Of a stretch of DNA of 37,757 bases, positions 9,941 to 20,633 are shown in pieces; position 1 is the first letter of the stretch; every line of letters starts with the position of its first letter. The notes below the pieces were generated by a model. The model worked only from the letters and a program-made list of their open reading frames with translations, had not been told where the DNA came from and searched no databases. The DNA lies in the sequence record SRR22947727_1221; one strand, 5' to 3'. Both the position numbers and the translations under genes were made by a program.

Positions 9941-10591
9941 ATGACAGACTCTTCCCTCCGCACTCGACAACGACTACGCAGAAAATTTCGCGACATGAGA
10001 AGTAATCTGCCTGCGGAAGCAAAACATCAGGCCAGCGCCGCAATATGCAAACACCTGCACCTACTTTTTGCGCAGAGTTTTTTAACGCGCACAGCTCAAG
10101 CAAAGACAAAGCGTATTGCCGCTTACCTAAACAGTGAGGTTGAAGCGTCACTAGATACATGGATTACCCAAACGTGGGCGCAAACTCAGGCGCAGATTTT
10201 TATTCCAGTTATAGATCAGCAGCCACAACAAGGGCAAATGAGTTTTCACCGCTACACCAAAAACACGCTGATCACTGTTGGCCGTTATGGGTTAAGAACT
10301 CTCGCACAACCTAAGACCACTGAGAAAATAGACGCCGCAGATCTAGACTGTGTACTGCTACCGCTGGTTGCTTTCGACAAATACGGCACTCGGCTGGGCA
10401 TGGGGGGCGGCTACTATGACCGTTTTTTTGCAGACGATGCTAATAGGCCTTATTTACTTGGCATTAGTTTTGACGCCCAGCGCAGCGCGCAGAAGCTAGA
10501 AAAATCGCCTTGGGACGTTGGACTAGATGCGGTTATTACCGAGTCTGGTCTGACTCAATTTGGTACTAGAGAATTGGCCAGCGGCAAGTAA
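9941..10591 (+). CDS. ygfA: 5-formyltetrahydrofolate cyclo-ligase
   Basis: LPLVAFDKYGTRLGMGGGYYDR and PWDVGLDAVITE; follows 6S RNA. ATG 9941 preferred over TTG 9911. Confidence 0.95.
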   Translation: MTDSSLRTRQRLRRKFRDMRSNLPAEAKHQASAAICKHLHLLFAQSFLTRTAQAKTKRIAAYLNSEVEASLDTWITQTWAQTQAQIFIPVIDQQPQQGQMSFHRYTKNTLITVGRYGLRTLAQPKTTEKIDAADLDCVLLPLVAFDKYGTRLGMGGGYYDRFFADDANRPYLLGISFDAQRSAQKLEKSPWDVGLDAVITESGLTQFGTRELASGK

Positions 10592-10670
10592 CCTCAGGCT
10601 GCCGATCCTTAAAGGCATGTATATCTAACGAAAACACATACGAGACGGGTAAAAACAGGTAAATAACTAT

Positions 10671-11204
10671 ATGGCTATCAGAAAGATCATACGCATGGGT
10701 CACCCCTCTTTACGCATACCTGCCAACAACGTCGCTGACGAGTTCATTGGCAGCGATACAATGCAGCGGCTACTCGTAGATATGACGGATACGCTGAGGG
10801 ACTATGGTGGTGTTGGTTTAGCCGCGCCGCAAATTGACGAGCCGCTACGAATGGCGATTATTGAAGTGCCCGGCGGACCAAGCCGATACGGAGAAATTGA
10901 AGCCATTCCACTGACAGTGTTCTTCAACCCTGTTATTGAAATACTCAACCCCGAGGTTGCCGGCTATTGGGAGGGGTGTCTTTCTGTACCCGGTTTGCGA
11001 GGTTTCGTTGAGCGCGCCCAGCATGTACTAGTGCGCTACACCAACCCGCAAGGCGATCCTGCAGAGCTGGAACTGAAAGGTTTTTTAGCCACGGTGGTGC
11101 AGCATGAATTCGATCATTTAGATGGCCGCCTTTATATCGACCACATCAAAGACAGCACAAAACTGGTCTTTGAGGAGGAGTGGTTAAAGTTTGCGCAACA
11201 ATAG
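10671..11204 (+). CDS. def: Peptide deformylase
   Basis: All three motifs present: GVGLAAPQ, EGCLSV and QHEFDHLDG. Confidence 0.96.
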   Translation: MAIRKIIRMGHPSLRIPANNVADEFIGSDTMQRLLVDMTDTLRDYGGVGLAAPQIDEPLRMAIIEVPGGPSRYGEIEAIPLTVFFNPVIEILNPEVAGYWEGCLSVPGLRGFVERAQHVLVRYTNPQGDPAELELKGFLATVVQHEFDHLDGRLYIDHIKDSTKLVFEEEWLKFAQQ

Positions 11205-11223
11205 CCACGTGATCTAAACCGTC

Positions 11224-12738
11224 CTACTCAAGAAATAGCTTATAGGCTGGATTGTCGTGCTCTGGCCAAAAACGATAACCAATACGCTGTAGGTATTTTT
11301 GCAGTTTTTTACCGTCACTGGGTTTGGCATCGAAACCTACCAATACTCGACCCCAAGCAGCGCCGTGGTTACGGTAATGGAAGAGCGTAATATTCCAGTC
11401 AGCACCCAGCCCTGCAAGAAACTGCAACAGCGCGCCTGGACGTTCAGGGAATTCAAATCTGTATAGCAGCTCTGAGCCGGCCTGCATCCGGTGGCCACCG
11501 ACCATATGTCGCACGTGCATCTTGGCGGCTTCGTTATCTGTCATATCAAATACCAGATAGCCCTTGGACTGGAGGTTCTCCACCACATCTAACCGGTCTT
11601 CTTTTGACGCCACCCCTAAACCAACGTAAATGTGCGCACCCGTAGCATCCGCATAACGGTAGTTAAATTCAGTAATTGAGCGCTTACCCAGCGCTCGGCA
11701 AAACTTCAAAAAGCTACCCTGCGCTTCATCAATGGTTACTGCCAAGACTGCTTCTCGAGCCTCACCTACTTCCGCACGCTCGGAGATGTGTCGCAGCCGA
11801 TCAAAATTGACGTTTGCGCCGCTGACAATAGCGACTACTGAAGACAAGCCGGGGTGATCAGCCAGATAGCGTTTCATCCCTGCAATGGCGAGCGCGCCGG
11901 CAGGCTCGGAGACACCGCGGGTATCTTCAAAGACATCTTTAATTGCGGCACAAATTTCATCAATGTTAACCACGACAATTTCGTCTACATACTTACGCGC
12001 TATCTTGAACGGCAGCAGCCCGGCCTGAGCGACACTCACACCATCAGCGAAGAGGTCTAAGGTTTCTAACGGCAACTTAACCCGCTTACCCGCTCGAAGG
12101 GCCGCATCCATGCAATTGGAACCCTCTACTTCTACACCAATAATCCGCGTTTTAGGGTGTAAGTGCTTAACGTAGGCGGCAACACCAGCAAGCAAACCGC
12201 CGCCGCCCACTGGAATAAAGATCGCGTCAATAGGGCCATTGTGTTGATTGACAATTTCTAACCCAATGGTGCCTTGACCTGCAATAACCTCCGCGTCGTC
12301 ATAGGGGGGAATAAAGGTTAAGCCCTGTTCCTTACACAGCAGTTTTGCGTGTATCGATGCCTCGTCGTAGTTGTCACCGTGTAAAATAACTTTTGCGCCA
12401 CGGTCTTTGACGGCGTTGACCTTTATACTGGGTGTGTTGCGACCCATGACAATAATCGCCTTAATGCCCAACTGCTTGGAGGCCATGGCCACACCCTGGG
12501 CATGATTACCGGCGGAAGCGGTGATCACACCCGCGGCTTTTTGCGCATCAGTCAACTGAGAAATTTTGTTGTAAGCACCACGGAGCTTAAAGCTGTAAAC
12601 GGGTTGTAAATCTTCACGTTTCAAAAAGACCTGAGGCCCAAGACGCCGACTGAGTAATGGCGCGGGTGTTAATGGTGTCTCTTGCGCAAGCTCATATACT
12701 CTGGAGGAGAGAATTTTCTTTACATAATTTTCAAGCAT
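11224..12738 (-). CDS. ilvA: Biosynthetic threonine ammonia-lyase
   Basis: Motifs KREDLQPVYSFKLRGA and ASAGNHAQG; C-terminal regulatory domain FEFPERPGAL...FHYRNHG. Start set at MLENYVKK. Confidence 0.97.
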   Translation of the reverse strand: MLENYVKKILSSRVYELAQETPLTPAPLLSRRLGPQVFLKREDLQPVYSFKLRGAYNKISQLTDAQKAAGVITASAGNHAQGVAMASKQLGIKAIIVMGRNTPSIKVNAVKDRGAKVILHGDNYDEASIHAKLLCKEQGLTFIPPYDDAEVIAGQGTIGLEIVNQHNGPIDAIFIPVGGGGLLAGVAAYVKHLHPKTRIIGVEVEGSNCMDAALRAGKRVKLPLETLDLFADGVSVAQAGLLPFKIARKYVDEIVVVNIDEICAAIKDVFEDTRGVSEPAGALAIAGMKRYLADHPGLSSVVAIVSGANVNFDRLRHISERAEVGEAREAVLAVTIDEAQGSFLKFCRALGKRSITEFNYRYADATGAHIYVGLGVASKEDRLDVVENLQSKGYLVFDMTDNEAAKMHVRHMVGGHRMQAGSELLYRFEFPERPGALLQFLAGLGADWNITLFHYRNHGAAWGRVLVGFDAKPSDGKKLQKYLQRIGYRFWPEHDNPAYKLFLE

Positions 12739-12750
12739 GTCACCATTTTC

Positions 12751-12822
12751 CAAGTTCATTGCTAACTTCGTTGCCAAGTTCATTGCCAAGTTCAAAGACA
12801 ACTTAACTACTAACTAAATTGC
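12751..12822. repeat. Degenerate 12-bp tandem repeat, 6 units
   Basis: CAAGTTCATTGC TAACTTCGTTGC CAAGTTCATTGC CAAGTTCAAAGA CAACTTAACTAC TAACTAAATTGC. Confidence 0.85.
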
Positions 12823-13508
12823 TACCGAGGCCAAACATTAATTATTCACAAGACGAGCTTAAACAACTTGCAGCCCAAGCTGCGCTAAAACACATTGCGC
12901 CAAAACTTGGACCAACTAGCATTGTTGGTGTGGGCACAGGTTCCACTACTAATCATTTCATCGACGCATTGGCCACTATCAAACATACTTTTGATGCCGC
13001 GGTATCTTCTAGCGAGGGTTCAACTCAGCGGCTGAAAACCCATGGCATACCGGTCTTAGATCTGAACTCAGCGGCCCGCGTTGAGGTATACGTGGACGGT
13101 GCTGACGAGATCAATGCACAAAGACAAATGATTAAGGGCGGCGGCGCTGCACTCACTCGCGAAAAAATTGTTGCTGCTAGTGCCGACGAATTCGTCTGCA
13201 TTGCAGATCATAGCAAATTAGTAACCCAGCTCGGCAACTTTCCTTTACCGGTTGAGGTTATTCCAATGGCTCGAAGTTTGGTGGCGCGAGCGCTGGTGCA
13301 ACTGGGCGGACAACCAATATGGCGCGAAGGTGTTGTGACTGACAACGGCAACTGGATACTTGATGTTCACGAACTCAATATCACCGACGCATTATCGTTG
13401 GAGTCAGAGATTAACAATATTCCAGGCGTAGTATGCAACGGTCTGTTCGCACAGCAATGTGCCAGTGTTGCATTCCTTGCAACGGCAGACGAAATTCTAA
13501 AAATATAG
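12819..13508 (+). CDS. rpiA: Ribose-5-phosphate isomerase A (start uncertain: TTG 12819 or ATT 12837)
   Basis: Motifs GVGTGST, DGADE and [13 protein letters not shown]. Confidence 0.97.
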   Translation: MLPRPNINYSQDELKQLAAQAALKHIAPKLGPTSIVGVGTGSTTNHFIDALATIKHTFDAAVSSSEGSTQRLKTHGIPVLDLNSAARVEVYVDGADEINAQRQMIKGGGAALTREKIVAASADEFVCIADHSKLVTQLGNFPLPVEVIPMARSLVARALVQLGGQPIWREGVVTDNGNWILDVHELNITDALSLESEINNIPGVVCNGLFAQQCASVAFLATADEILKI

Positions 13509-13553
13509 ATTGTCAAAACCTGGCAACTTAAGCCTCAGTAAATTAGCCCAAGA

Positions 13554-14918
13554 TCATCTGCTGCTAAGCAATTTATTTGGGTTAAGAATTTGATGAGGGT
13601 CAAACAACGCTTTGAGCCCTTGCATTAATTCAATCTCATCATCACTTCGGGTATAGCCGAGAAAGTCGCGCTTCAATAATCCCACACCATGTTCCGCTGA
13701 AATACTGCCTCTGCGTGCAGCAACAATCTCGAAAATCTTTGGGCTCATGCCGTGGCCGTGCTCGAAGAATTCTTCAACACTCATATCTTCAGGGCGCAGA
13801 ATATTCAGGTGTAAGTTACCGTCGCCAATATGCCCATACCAACAGACTTCAAATTCGGGATATGACTCGCTGACGTACCGATCAACGTCCGCCAAAAATC
13901 CTGGCACCTCACTGATGCGCACAGACAAATCGTTTTTGTAAGGTGTATAGGCGGCTAAACTTTCTGAAATACCCTCGCGCAACTGCCAAAGGGATTTTGC
14001 TTGGGCTTCAGACTGGCTAACAACACCGTCGACTAACCAACCGGCATCCATGCATTGCGCAAAAGCCTCTTCCGCTAAGGTGAGCGACGATTGATCAAAT
14101 TCGAGCAAAGCATAATAAGCCACCGACTCTGCTAAAGGTGCGGCCAAATCTCTGTGGGCTTGCACTTTGGCCAGCGCCAAATCAGAAAAAAACTCAAAGG
14201 CTGACAGCGTGATTTGATCCGCAAACGCGTGCAGGATTTTCAGCAGGTCTGCAACTTGAGGCACACCGACAACCATTACTGACTGGGGTTCAGGCATTGG
14301 CGCCAAACGCATATCTAACTCGCACATTAGACCTAACGTGCCCTCGGACCCAATCAGCAAATGCCGAAAATCGTAGCCCGTGGCGTTTTTCACCAAACCC
14401 GCATTACAGTCTAACAATGCGCCAGTGCCGGTAACTACCTTCATCCCGGCGACCCAGTCTCTGGTTAGGCCGTAACGAATGACCTTAATGCCGCCAGCAT
14501 TGGTGGCCACGTTACCCCCGATCTGGCTTGAGCCAGATGAAGCGAAATCTACCGGATAGTATAAACCTTGCTCTAATGCGAACTGCTGTAGGTTAGCGGT
14601 AACCAAACCCGGCTCACAGGTAACGATGCGGTCTTCGGCGGAATAATCTAAGATTTTGTTCATCCGGTCGAATGAAACCACAACCTCCGAATTACTGGCC
14701 ACTGCACCACCGGACAAGCCCGTTCTACCGCCCGAAGGCACTAGCTTCAAACCTTCGCTAATTGCATAAGCAACCAATGCTTGGACTTGCTCGGTGGTTT
14801 CGGGAAAAACAATCGCCCTGGGGTCTACTGGATAGCCATTGGTCCAGTCTTTGCCCCAAATCTGCAGGCTTTCAGCATCGGTAAGAATCTGTTTCTCAGA
14901 AAAAATTGTATCTAACAT
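13554..14918 (-). CDS. FAD-binding oxidoreductase, GlcD/D-2-hydroxyglutarate dehydrogenase-like
   Basis: Motifs PSGGRTGLSGG, IGGNVATNAGG, GSEGTLG, GHIGDGNLH and SAEHGVG. Confidence 0.88.
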   Translation of the reverse strand: MLDTIFSEKQILTDAESLQIWGKDWTNGYPVDPRAIVFPETTEQVQALVAYAISEGLKLVPSGGRTGLSGGAVASNSEVVVSFDRMNKILDYSAEDRIVTCEPGLVTANLQQFALEQGLYYPVDFASSGSSQIGGNVATNAGGIKVIRYGLTRDWVAGMKVVTGTGALLDCNAGLVKNATGYDFRHLLIGSEGTLGLMCELDMRLAPMPEPQSVMVVGVPQVADLLKILHAFADQITLSAFEFFSDLALAKVQAHRDLAAPLAESVAYYALLEFDQSSLTLAEEAFAQCMDAGWLVDGVVSQSEAQAKSLWQLREGISESLAAYTPYKNDLSVRISEVPGFLADVDRYVSESYPEFEVCWYGHIGDGNLHLNILRPEDMSVEEFFEHGHGMSPKIFEIVAARRGSISAEHGVGLLKRDFLGYTRSDDEIELMQGLKALFDPHQILNPNKLLSSR

Positions 14919-14935
14919 TTACTTTCTCTCAAGCA

Positions 14936-15928
14936 TCAGCATTTAGCTGTATACCAATCACAACTATCGTCTAGCCAAGACCAAATCTCGGCATAGATAT
15001 CGGGCGTTTCATTAACAAGGTGATGTCGAGCCTTGGGGATGATCCGAATCCCAGCGTTTTCGAACCGACTGCTCAGCACCCGTAGGTTATGGCGGAAACT
15101 CACTGTGCGATCTTCATAGCCCTGAACAATGTTCAGCGGCATTGAGGAACGCGGATATTTTTCAAATTGGGTAAACCAGTTAATCATGGCCTGCACCCAA
15201 GCAACAGGAAGGACTTTAGCTTGTAGAGGATCCGCAGCCAAGAGACTAACAAACTCCTTATTCAGCATATTTGTGTTCATGTTTCTAGGCCGCGCCGCAA
15301 CGGTACGTTTGGCCAGCGCAAAAGCCCAACGCATTATTGGCCACGCATAAGGGCGGACTAAGGGCGCCAGCAGCACCACTTCACCGGTAGGTTTTTCATC
15401 TGCTTGCTGTCGCCAGTATTCCATAACCAGCGCACCGCCCATGCTTTGCCCAAACCAGTGCAACGGCTTATCACCCGCACTCTTCGCCGCAAACTTATGT
15501 ACTACACGAATAACATCTACATACTGCTGGAAATCATCGATATTTGCTCGATCGCCGGTTGAAAGCCCATGGCCAGGCTGATCAAAAGACATCACAGCAA
15601 TGCCTCGCTCAAGTAGATCATCAATCAGATGACCGTAAAGGCCAACATGATCGTAGTAGCCATGACACACTACGGCCCATGCTCGAACTTCACGGTGGTT
15701 TGGTACGAAAGCTTGCAGTGTAATGCGCTCGCCGGTGCTTTCGATCAAGGCAAGGTGGCGCTCGACCCCATTAAACTGCAGACCATAAAAACGGTTGTAC
15801 TCATCTAGAAGAGCGGTATCCATTGGACACCACGTCTGCTCATCTAAAGGGGGTGACGCCAATGCATGAATAAGGCTCGCGTCGTCAAAGAGCCCAAGAC
15901 CTCGAGCTTCACGCAGCAAAGTCTTCAC
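14936..15928 (-). CDS. Alpha/beta hydrolase (lysophospholipase / Hydrolase_4-like)
   Basis: Motifs HGYYDH, DQPGHGLS, nucleophile elbow GQSMGG and RHHLVNE. Confidence 0.87.
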   Translation of the reverse strand: MKTLLREARGLGLFDDASLIHALASPPLDEQTWCPMDTALLDEYNRFYGLQFNGVERHLALIESTGERITLQAFVPNHREVRAWAVVCHGYYDHVGLYGHLIDDLLERGIAVMSFDQPGHGLSTGDRANIDDFQQYVDVIRVVHKFAAKSAGDKPLHWFGQSMGGALVMEYWRQQADEKPTGEVVLLAPLVRPYAWPIMRWAFALAKRTVAARPRNMNTNMLNKEFVSLLAADPLQAKVLPVAWVQAMINWFTQFEKYPRSSMPLNIVQGYEDRTVSFRHNLRVLSSRFENAGIRIIPKARHHLVNETPDIYAEIWSWLDDSCDWYTAKC

Positions 15929-15970
15929 TCAGCTTAAAGCCTATCGCAAAAGCATTAGGTAAGCGCCTCA

Positions 15971-17035
15971 TTACTTAACGACTTGGTCCAGATCACCGGC
16001 AGCGTATAAAGAAAACATTTTTTCTAAGGAGTTAACGCGCAGTTTTGACGCCTGACCTGAACAGCCAAACGCCTCATAGCGATCGATAACCACTTTCTTC
16101 ATAGCAACCTGAGAGTCGGCAAAATATTTACGCGGATCGAATTCGCTTGGGTTAACAGCCAAGTGCTTACGAATGGCCGCAGTGGAAGCTAACCGAAGAT
16201 CTGTGTCTATATTCACTTTCCTAACGCCATGACGAATACCTTGTTGAATTTCTTCAACCGGCACACCATAAGTTTCAGGAATTTCCCCGCCAAATTCATT
16301 AATTTCCGCCAACAAATCTTGAGGAACAGACGAACTACCGTGCATGACCAGGTGTGTATTAGGCAAACGTTCATGAATCGCCTTGATGCGTTCAATGGCA
16401 AGAATATCCCCTGTAGGCGGGCGGCTAAACTTGTAAGCTCCGTGAGAGGTACCGATTGCAATCGCTAACGCATCTACTCCGGTCTTAGCAACAAAGTCTG
16501 CCGCTTGCTCTGGATCAGTAAGCATTTGCTCTAAGGTCAAAATGCCCTCAGCGCCTACCCCATCCTCTTCACCGGCAGTACCCGACTCTAGTGACCCCAA
16601 GCAACCCAGCTCACCCTCGACAGAAACGCCACAAGCGTGGGCCATTTCAACAACGCGGCGCGTAACAGCCACATTATATTCGTACTCGGCTGGCGTTTTT
16701 TGATCCTCTAAAAGCGAACCGTCCATCATCACGGAGGTAAAACCCATCTGCATTGAACGCTGACATACATCCGCAGACGCGCCATGGTCCTGATGCATAA
16801 CAACTGGAATATCAGGAAATTCTTCAACAGCGGCTAGCATTAAGTGGCGCAAAAAGTTGGCCCCGGCATATTTGCGCGCGCCTGCGGACGCTTGCACGAT
16901 GACAGGGCTCTGAGTTTCCTGAGCGCCTTCCATAATGGCGCGCATCTGCTCCAAGTTATTCACATTAAAGGCCGGAACCCCGTAGTCGTTCTCTGCCGCA
17001 TGATCTAATAACTGACGTAAGCTAATAAGCGCCAT
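15971..17035 (-). CDS. fba: Fructose-bisphosphate aldolase class II (CbbA/Pseudomonas Fda type)
   Basis: Motifs [26 protein letters not shown] and KVNIDTD. Confidence 0.97.
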   Translation of the reverse strand: MALISLRQLLDHAAENDYGVPAFNVNNLEQMRAIMEGAQETQSPVIVQASAGARKYAGANFLRHLMLAAVEEFPDIPVVMHQDHGASADVCQRSMQMGFTSVMMDGSLLEDQKTPAEYEYNVAVTRRVVEMAHACGVSVEGELGCLGSLESGTAGEEDGVGAEGILTLEQMLTDPEQAADFVAKTGVDALAIAIGTSHGAYKFSRPPTGDILAIERIKAIHERLPNTHLVMHGSSSVPQDLLAEINEFGGEIPETYGVPVEEIQQGIRHGVRKVNIDTDLRLASTAAIRKHLAVNPSEFDPRKYFADSQVAMKKVVIDRYEAFGCSGQASKLRVNSLEKMFSLYAAGDLDQVVK

Positions 17036-17168
17036 TTTTTTCTCCGTAATCTATCTAATTCATTTTCAGGGCACCAAACGTGAATGCCCAATTTCGAGTC
17101 TTCAATCTTTCTTGTCTATATTTAAATCGACCGCGGGTCGATATTCGACCACAAGCCGATACTCGATG

Positions 17169-18338
17169 TTAAGCCGAGCGCCGCCCCAACATTTCTACTG
17201 CGGGCAACACCTTACCTTCGACAAGTTCTAAAAACGCGCCGCCACCTGTGGAAATATAAGATATCCCATCAGTAACACTATACTTGTCCAAAGCGGCTAA
17301 AGTATCGCCGCCGCCTGCAATAGAATAGGCGCTACTATCTGCAATGGCCTGCGCCAGCACTCTAGTACCTTCGCCGAATTGATCAAATTCAAATACGCCC
17401 AACGGCCCATTCCACATGATTGTCTGGGCATCCATTAGCGTCTCGGCCCACGCACGAGCAGTCACTGGGCCAATGTCCATGATCATTTCATCTGCGGCGA
17501 CTTCGTCGATGCTTTTTACAATTGCGGGCGTCGCCTCGTCGAAAGCTTTGCCTACCATAACATCTACTGGAATGGGTATTTCTACTCGACTAGCAATATC
17601 TTTTGCAACGTCGAGCAATTCAGGTTCATAAAGAGATGTGCCTATTGCGTGTCCAGCAGCTGCAATAAACGTATTCGCTATGCCGCCGCCCACAATAATG
17701 CGATCTGCAATATCTGCCAGCGAGCCTAATACTTCTAATTTGGTCGAAACTTTAGCCCCACCAATAATGGCAACCATGGGTTTCTTTGGCGCGCTTAATG
17801 TTTGCTGAAAAGCCTTGAGTTCGGCGTCTAACAACAACCCGGCGCAGGCAGTAGCGGCTAACTCGGCAACGCCATGGGTAGAAGCATGCGCCCGGTGGGC
17901 AGTGCCAAAAGCATCCATCACAAATACATCACATTGATCACTCAAGCGTTGACTCAACTCTGCCGAGTTACTTTTTTCGCCTACAAGAAACCTAACGTTT
18001 TCTAACAAACCGATTTCACCACCGTTTATTGCCGCGCAATCTTCCGGCTGTGCCAATAGTGGTACGTTACGTTCAAGCAGCTGTGAAAGACGCTGCGCCA
18101 CAGGCGCTAAAGAATATTCATTTGCGTACTCGCCTTCGCTCGGGCGACCCAAGTGGGACATGACAACTACGCTGGCGCCTGCATCTAAAACCAACCTGAT
18201 GGTTGCAAGGGAAGCTACTATCCGTGCGTCACTGGTGACAAGGCCACCCTTTATCGGCACGTTAAGGTCTGCGCGAATTAAGACTCTTTGGTTGCGTAAA
18301 CCTACTTCTCTAACGGACTTTATATATGGCAAATGCAT
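17169..18338 (-). CDS. pgk: Phosphoglycerate kinase
   Basis: Motifs [25 protein letters not shown] and STGGGAFLE. Confidence 0.98.
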   Translation of the reverse strand: MHLPYIKSVREVGLRNQRVLIRADLNVPIKGGLVTSDARIVASLATIRLVLDAGASVVVMSHLGRPSEGEYANEYSLAPVAQRLSQLLERNVPLLAQPEDCAAINGGEIGLLENVRFLVGEKSNSAELSQRLSDQCDVFVMDAFGTAHRAHASTHGVAELAATACAGLLLDAELKAFQQTLSAPKKPMVAIIGGAKVSTKLEVLGSLADIADRIIVGGGIANTFIAAAGHAIGTSLYEPELLDVAKDIASRVEIPIPVDVMVGKAFDEATPAIVKSIDEVAADEMIMDIGPVTARAWAETLMDAQTIMWNGPLGVFEFDQFGEGTRVLAQAIADSSAYSIAGGGDTLAALDKYSVTDGISYISTGGGAFLELVEGKVLPAVEMLGRRSA

Positions 18339-18427
18339 GCAAACTCTACTCGTTATTCTTTCATTTTTACCGCGCCTAGCTAACGGTTTTAGACAGCAAC
18401 CCAGCCCAGTGGCCCGCCTAGTTATCG

Positions 18428-20416
18428 CTAACTAGTCGCACCAATAACATTATGAATTTGCTGCACAAGATTTTCAGTAGTGATACCAAGCTCCGCCAAT
18501 GCTTGCGGCCCTGGGGCAGACATACCAAAAGAGCTAATACCCACTACTATGCCGTCTAGGCCAACAAAGCGATGCCAGAAATCTGGATGTCCTGCTTCTA
18601 TGGCAACGCGAGCGCGCACTGCGTTGGGCAACACGGACTCTTTGTACTCGGCGGATTGCGCGGCAAATGCCTCGACACATGGCATTGAAACCACTCTGAC
18701 TTTTACATTAGCACTGGCTAAAGACTCAGCAGCGGCAACTGCCAATTCCACTTCCGACCCGGTAGCTATGACAATTGCATCCGGCTGCCCTTGAGTGTCT
18801 CGCAAGACATAACCGCCTCGCTGCACGTTATCAAAGGTAGCTTTATCTCGGGCCTGAGCGACAGTCTTTTGACGAGTGAAGATCAGTGCGGTTGGCCTAT
18901 CGGTGCTGGCAATTGCTGATTGCCATGCAATTGCAGATTCCACTGTGTCGCAAGGACGCCAGGTATTGAGATTTGGCGTCGTGCGCAAATTGGTAATTTG
19001 CTCTACCGGTTGATGGGTAGGACCATCTTCGCCAACTGCCACAGAATCATGGGTGTAAACAAAGATATTGGGCACCTTCATTAAGGCAGCTAAACGCACA
19101 GCGTTGCGGGCGTATTCCATAAAAATTAAAAACGTGCCGGTGAAGGGCCGATAACCACCGTGCAACTGCATACCGTTGCTGATCGCTGTCATACCGAATT
19201 CCCGTACACCGTAACTCATGTGCTGAGCGTCGGTGGCTTCCGCCCAACGGGTATTGTTAGATCCGGTAAGATCCGCCGAACCGCCGAACAGCTCTGGAAC
19301 ACCGGCTGCGATTGCAGAAATACAGGCTTGAGAGGACTTCCTCGTTTCTAAATTAGCTGGCGAGAGCTGCTCTTTTTCAGCGAAAGCTTGAATTGACTCG
19401 TGCCAATTATTTGGCAACTCACCGCGCATTCTACGAACAAACTCTGCGGCCTGGTCTGGGTGCGCGGCAGCATAACCGTCGAGTACTTGTTGCCATTCAT
19501 TCTGACGTTTCTCACCAGAATCACGCTGATTCCAAGCCTGATACACATCCTCTGGAATGTCCCAGCCTGCATGGGCCCAACCTATTGCGGCTTTCGTTAA
19601 CTCGATTTCTTCCCGCCCTAATACCGACCCGTGGGCACTCGCTGTGCCTTGCTTGTTCGGAGAACCAAAACCGATGGTAGTTTTGCAACACACCAATGTT
19701 GGTCGGCCATCACTCTTCGCAGCCGTAGACAAAGCGCTGGTGATTTCCTCAGCATCGTGTCCATCCACGTTGCGTATTACCCGCCAACCGTAGGCCTCAA
19801 ACCGGGCCGGGACGTCTTCACTAAACCAAGCGTCTACTTCGCCATCGATGGAGATTCCGTTGTCATCATAGATGCAAATGAGTTTCTCGAGGGCCAACGT
19901 GCCCGCTAGCGAGGCAGCTTCATGGGAGATGCCTTCCATCAAGCACCCATCGCCGACAATCACCCAAGTTCGATGATCAACTAAACCAAAATCTGCGGTG
20001 TTAAATTCTGCAGCTAGTTTTTTCTCAGCAAGCGCCATGCCTACCGCTGTGGCAATGCCCTGACCAAGAGGCCCAGTCGTGGTTTCTACACCAGGGCACT
20101 CACCATATTCGGGGTGGCCTGCTGTTTTTGAGTGTAATTGTCTAAAATCCTGCAGGTCCTTCAGACTGACGTCGTAGCCAGTGAGGTGCAATAAGCTGTA
20201 AAGCAACATCGACCCGTGACCATTTGAAAGTACAAAACGGTCTCTGTTGATCCATTCAGAATCCGCCGGATTGTGCGAAAGAAAATCTCTCCATAGCACC
20301 TCAGCAACATTGGCCAGTCCCATGGGCGCGCCGGGGTGTCCGCTATTTGCGGCTTGCACCGCTTCCATTGATAACACGCGAATGGCATTGGCAAGCTCGG
20401 TTCTGGAAGACGACAT
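18428..20416 (-). CDS. tkt: Transketolase
   Basis: Motifs [28 protein letters not shown] and GEDGPTHQP. Confidence 0.98.
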   Translation of the reverse strand: MSSSRTELANAIRVLSMEAVQAANSGHPGAPMGLANVAEVLWRDFLSHNPADSEWINRDRFVLSNGHGSMLLYSLLHLTGYDVSLKDLQDFRQLHSKTAGHPEYGECPGVETTTGPLGQGIATAVGMALAEKKLAAEFNTADFGLVDHRTWVIVGDGCLMEGISHEAASLAGTLALEKLICIYDDNGISIDGEVDAWFSEDVPARFEAYGWRVIRNVDGHDAEEITSALSTAAKSDGRPTLVCCKTTIGFGSPNKQGTASAHGSVLGREEIELTKAAIGWAHAGWDIPEDVYQAWNQRDSGEKRQNEWQQVLDGYAAAHPDQAAEFVRRMRGELPNNWHESIQAFAEKEQLSPANLETRKSSQACISAIAAGVPELFGGSADLTGSNNTRWAEATDAQHMSYGVREFGMTAISNGMQLHGGYRPFTGTFLIFMEYARNAVRLAALMKVPNIFVYTHDSVAVGEDGPTHQPVEQITNLRTTPNLNTWRPCDTVESAIAWQSAIASTDRPTALIFTRQKTVAQARDKATFDNVQRGGYVLRDTQGQPDAIVIATGSEVELAVAAAESLASANVKVRVVSMPCVEAFAAQSAEYKESVLPNAVRARVAIEAGHPDFWHRFVGLDGIVVGISSFGMSAPGPQALAELGITTENLVQQIHNVIGATS

Positions 20417-20633
20417 ATATCAACTCTGATTTTTTGCGGAGCGCTATTGTCAAGTTTTGCTCGCCCCGCTGCAAACATTGAATATATAAAAATGCGAAAT
20501 AGTTCGTTTCATAGATGAACGCGTTCTATTAGAATCAGCGCCTTCGAAATTAGTGGCTGCGCTAGAAATTGGCGCCCTATATCAATTCCAACAAAAAGAT
20601 CTGAATGAAGATCCTTAAAACAGGCAGTTAAGC

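Noticed and set aside
12751..12822. CRISPR array or Ile/Thr attenuator peptide
   Set aside because: Units are 12 bp and contiguous with no spacers, no cas genes are nearby, and the encoded peptide is not Ile/Thr-rich.
17126..17142. Hairpin ATCGACC-GCG-GGTCGAT between pgk and fba
   Set aside because: Short stem with a weak U-tract; an ordinary intra-operon hairpin.
20417..20633. SahR/MetJ operator or SAM riboswitch before metK
   Set aside because: Only ATATCAA half-site-like words are present; no convincing palindrome or riboswitch core.
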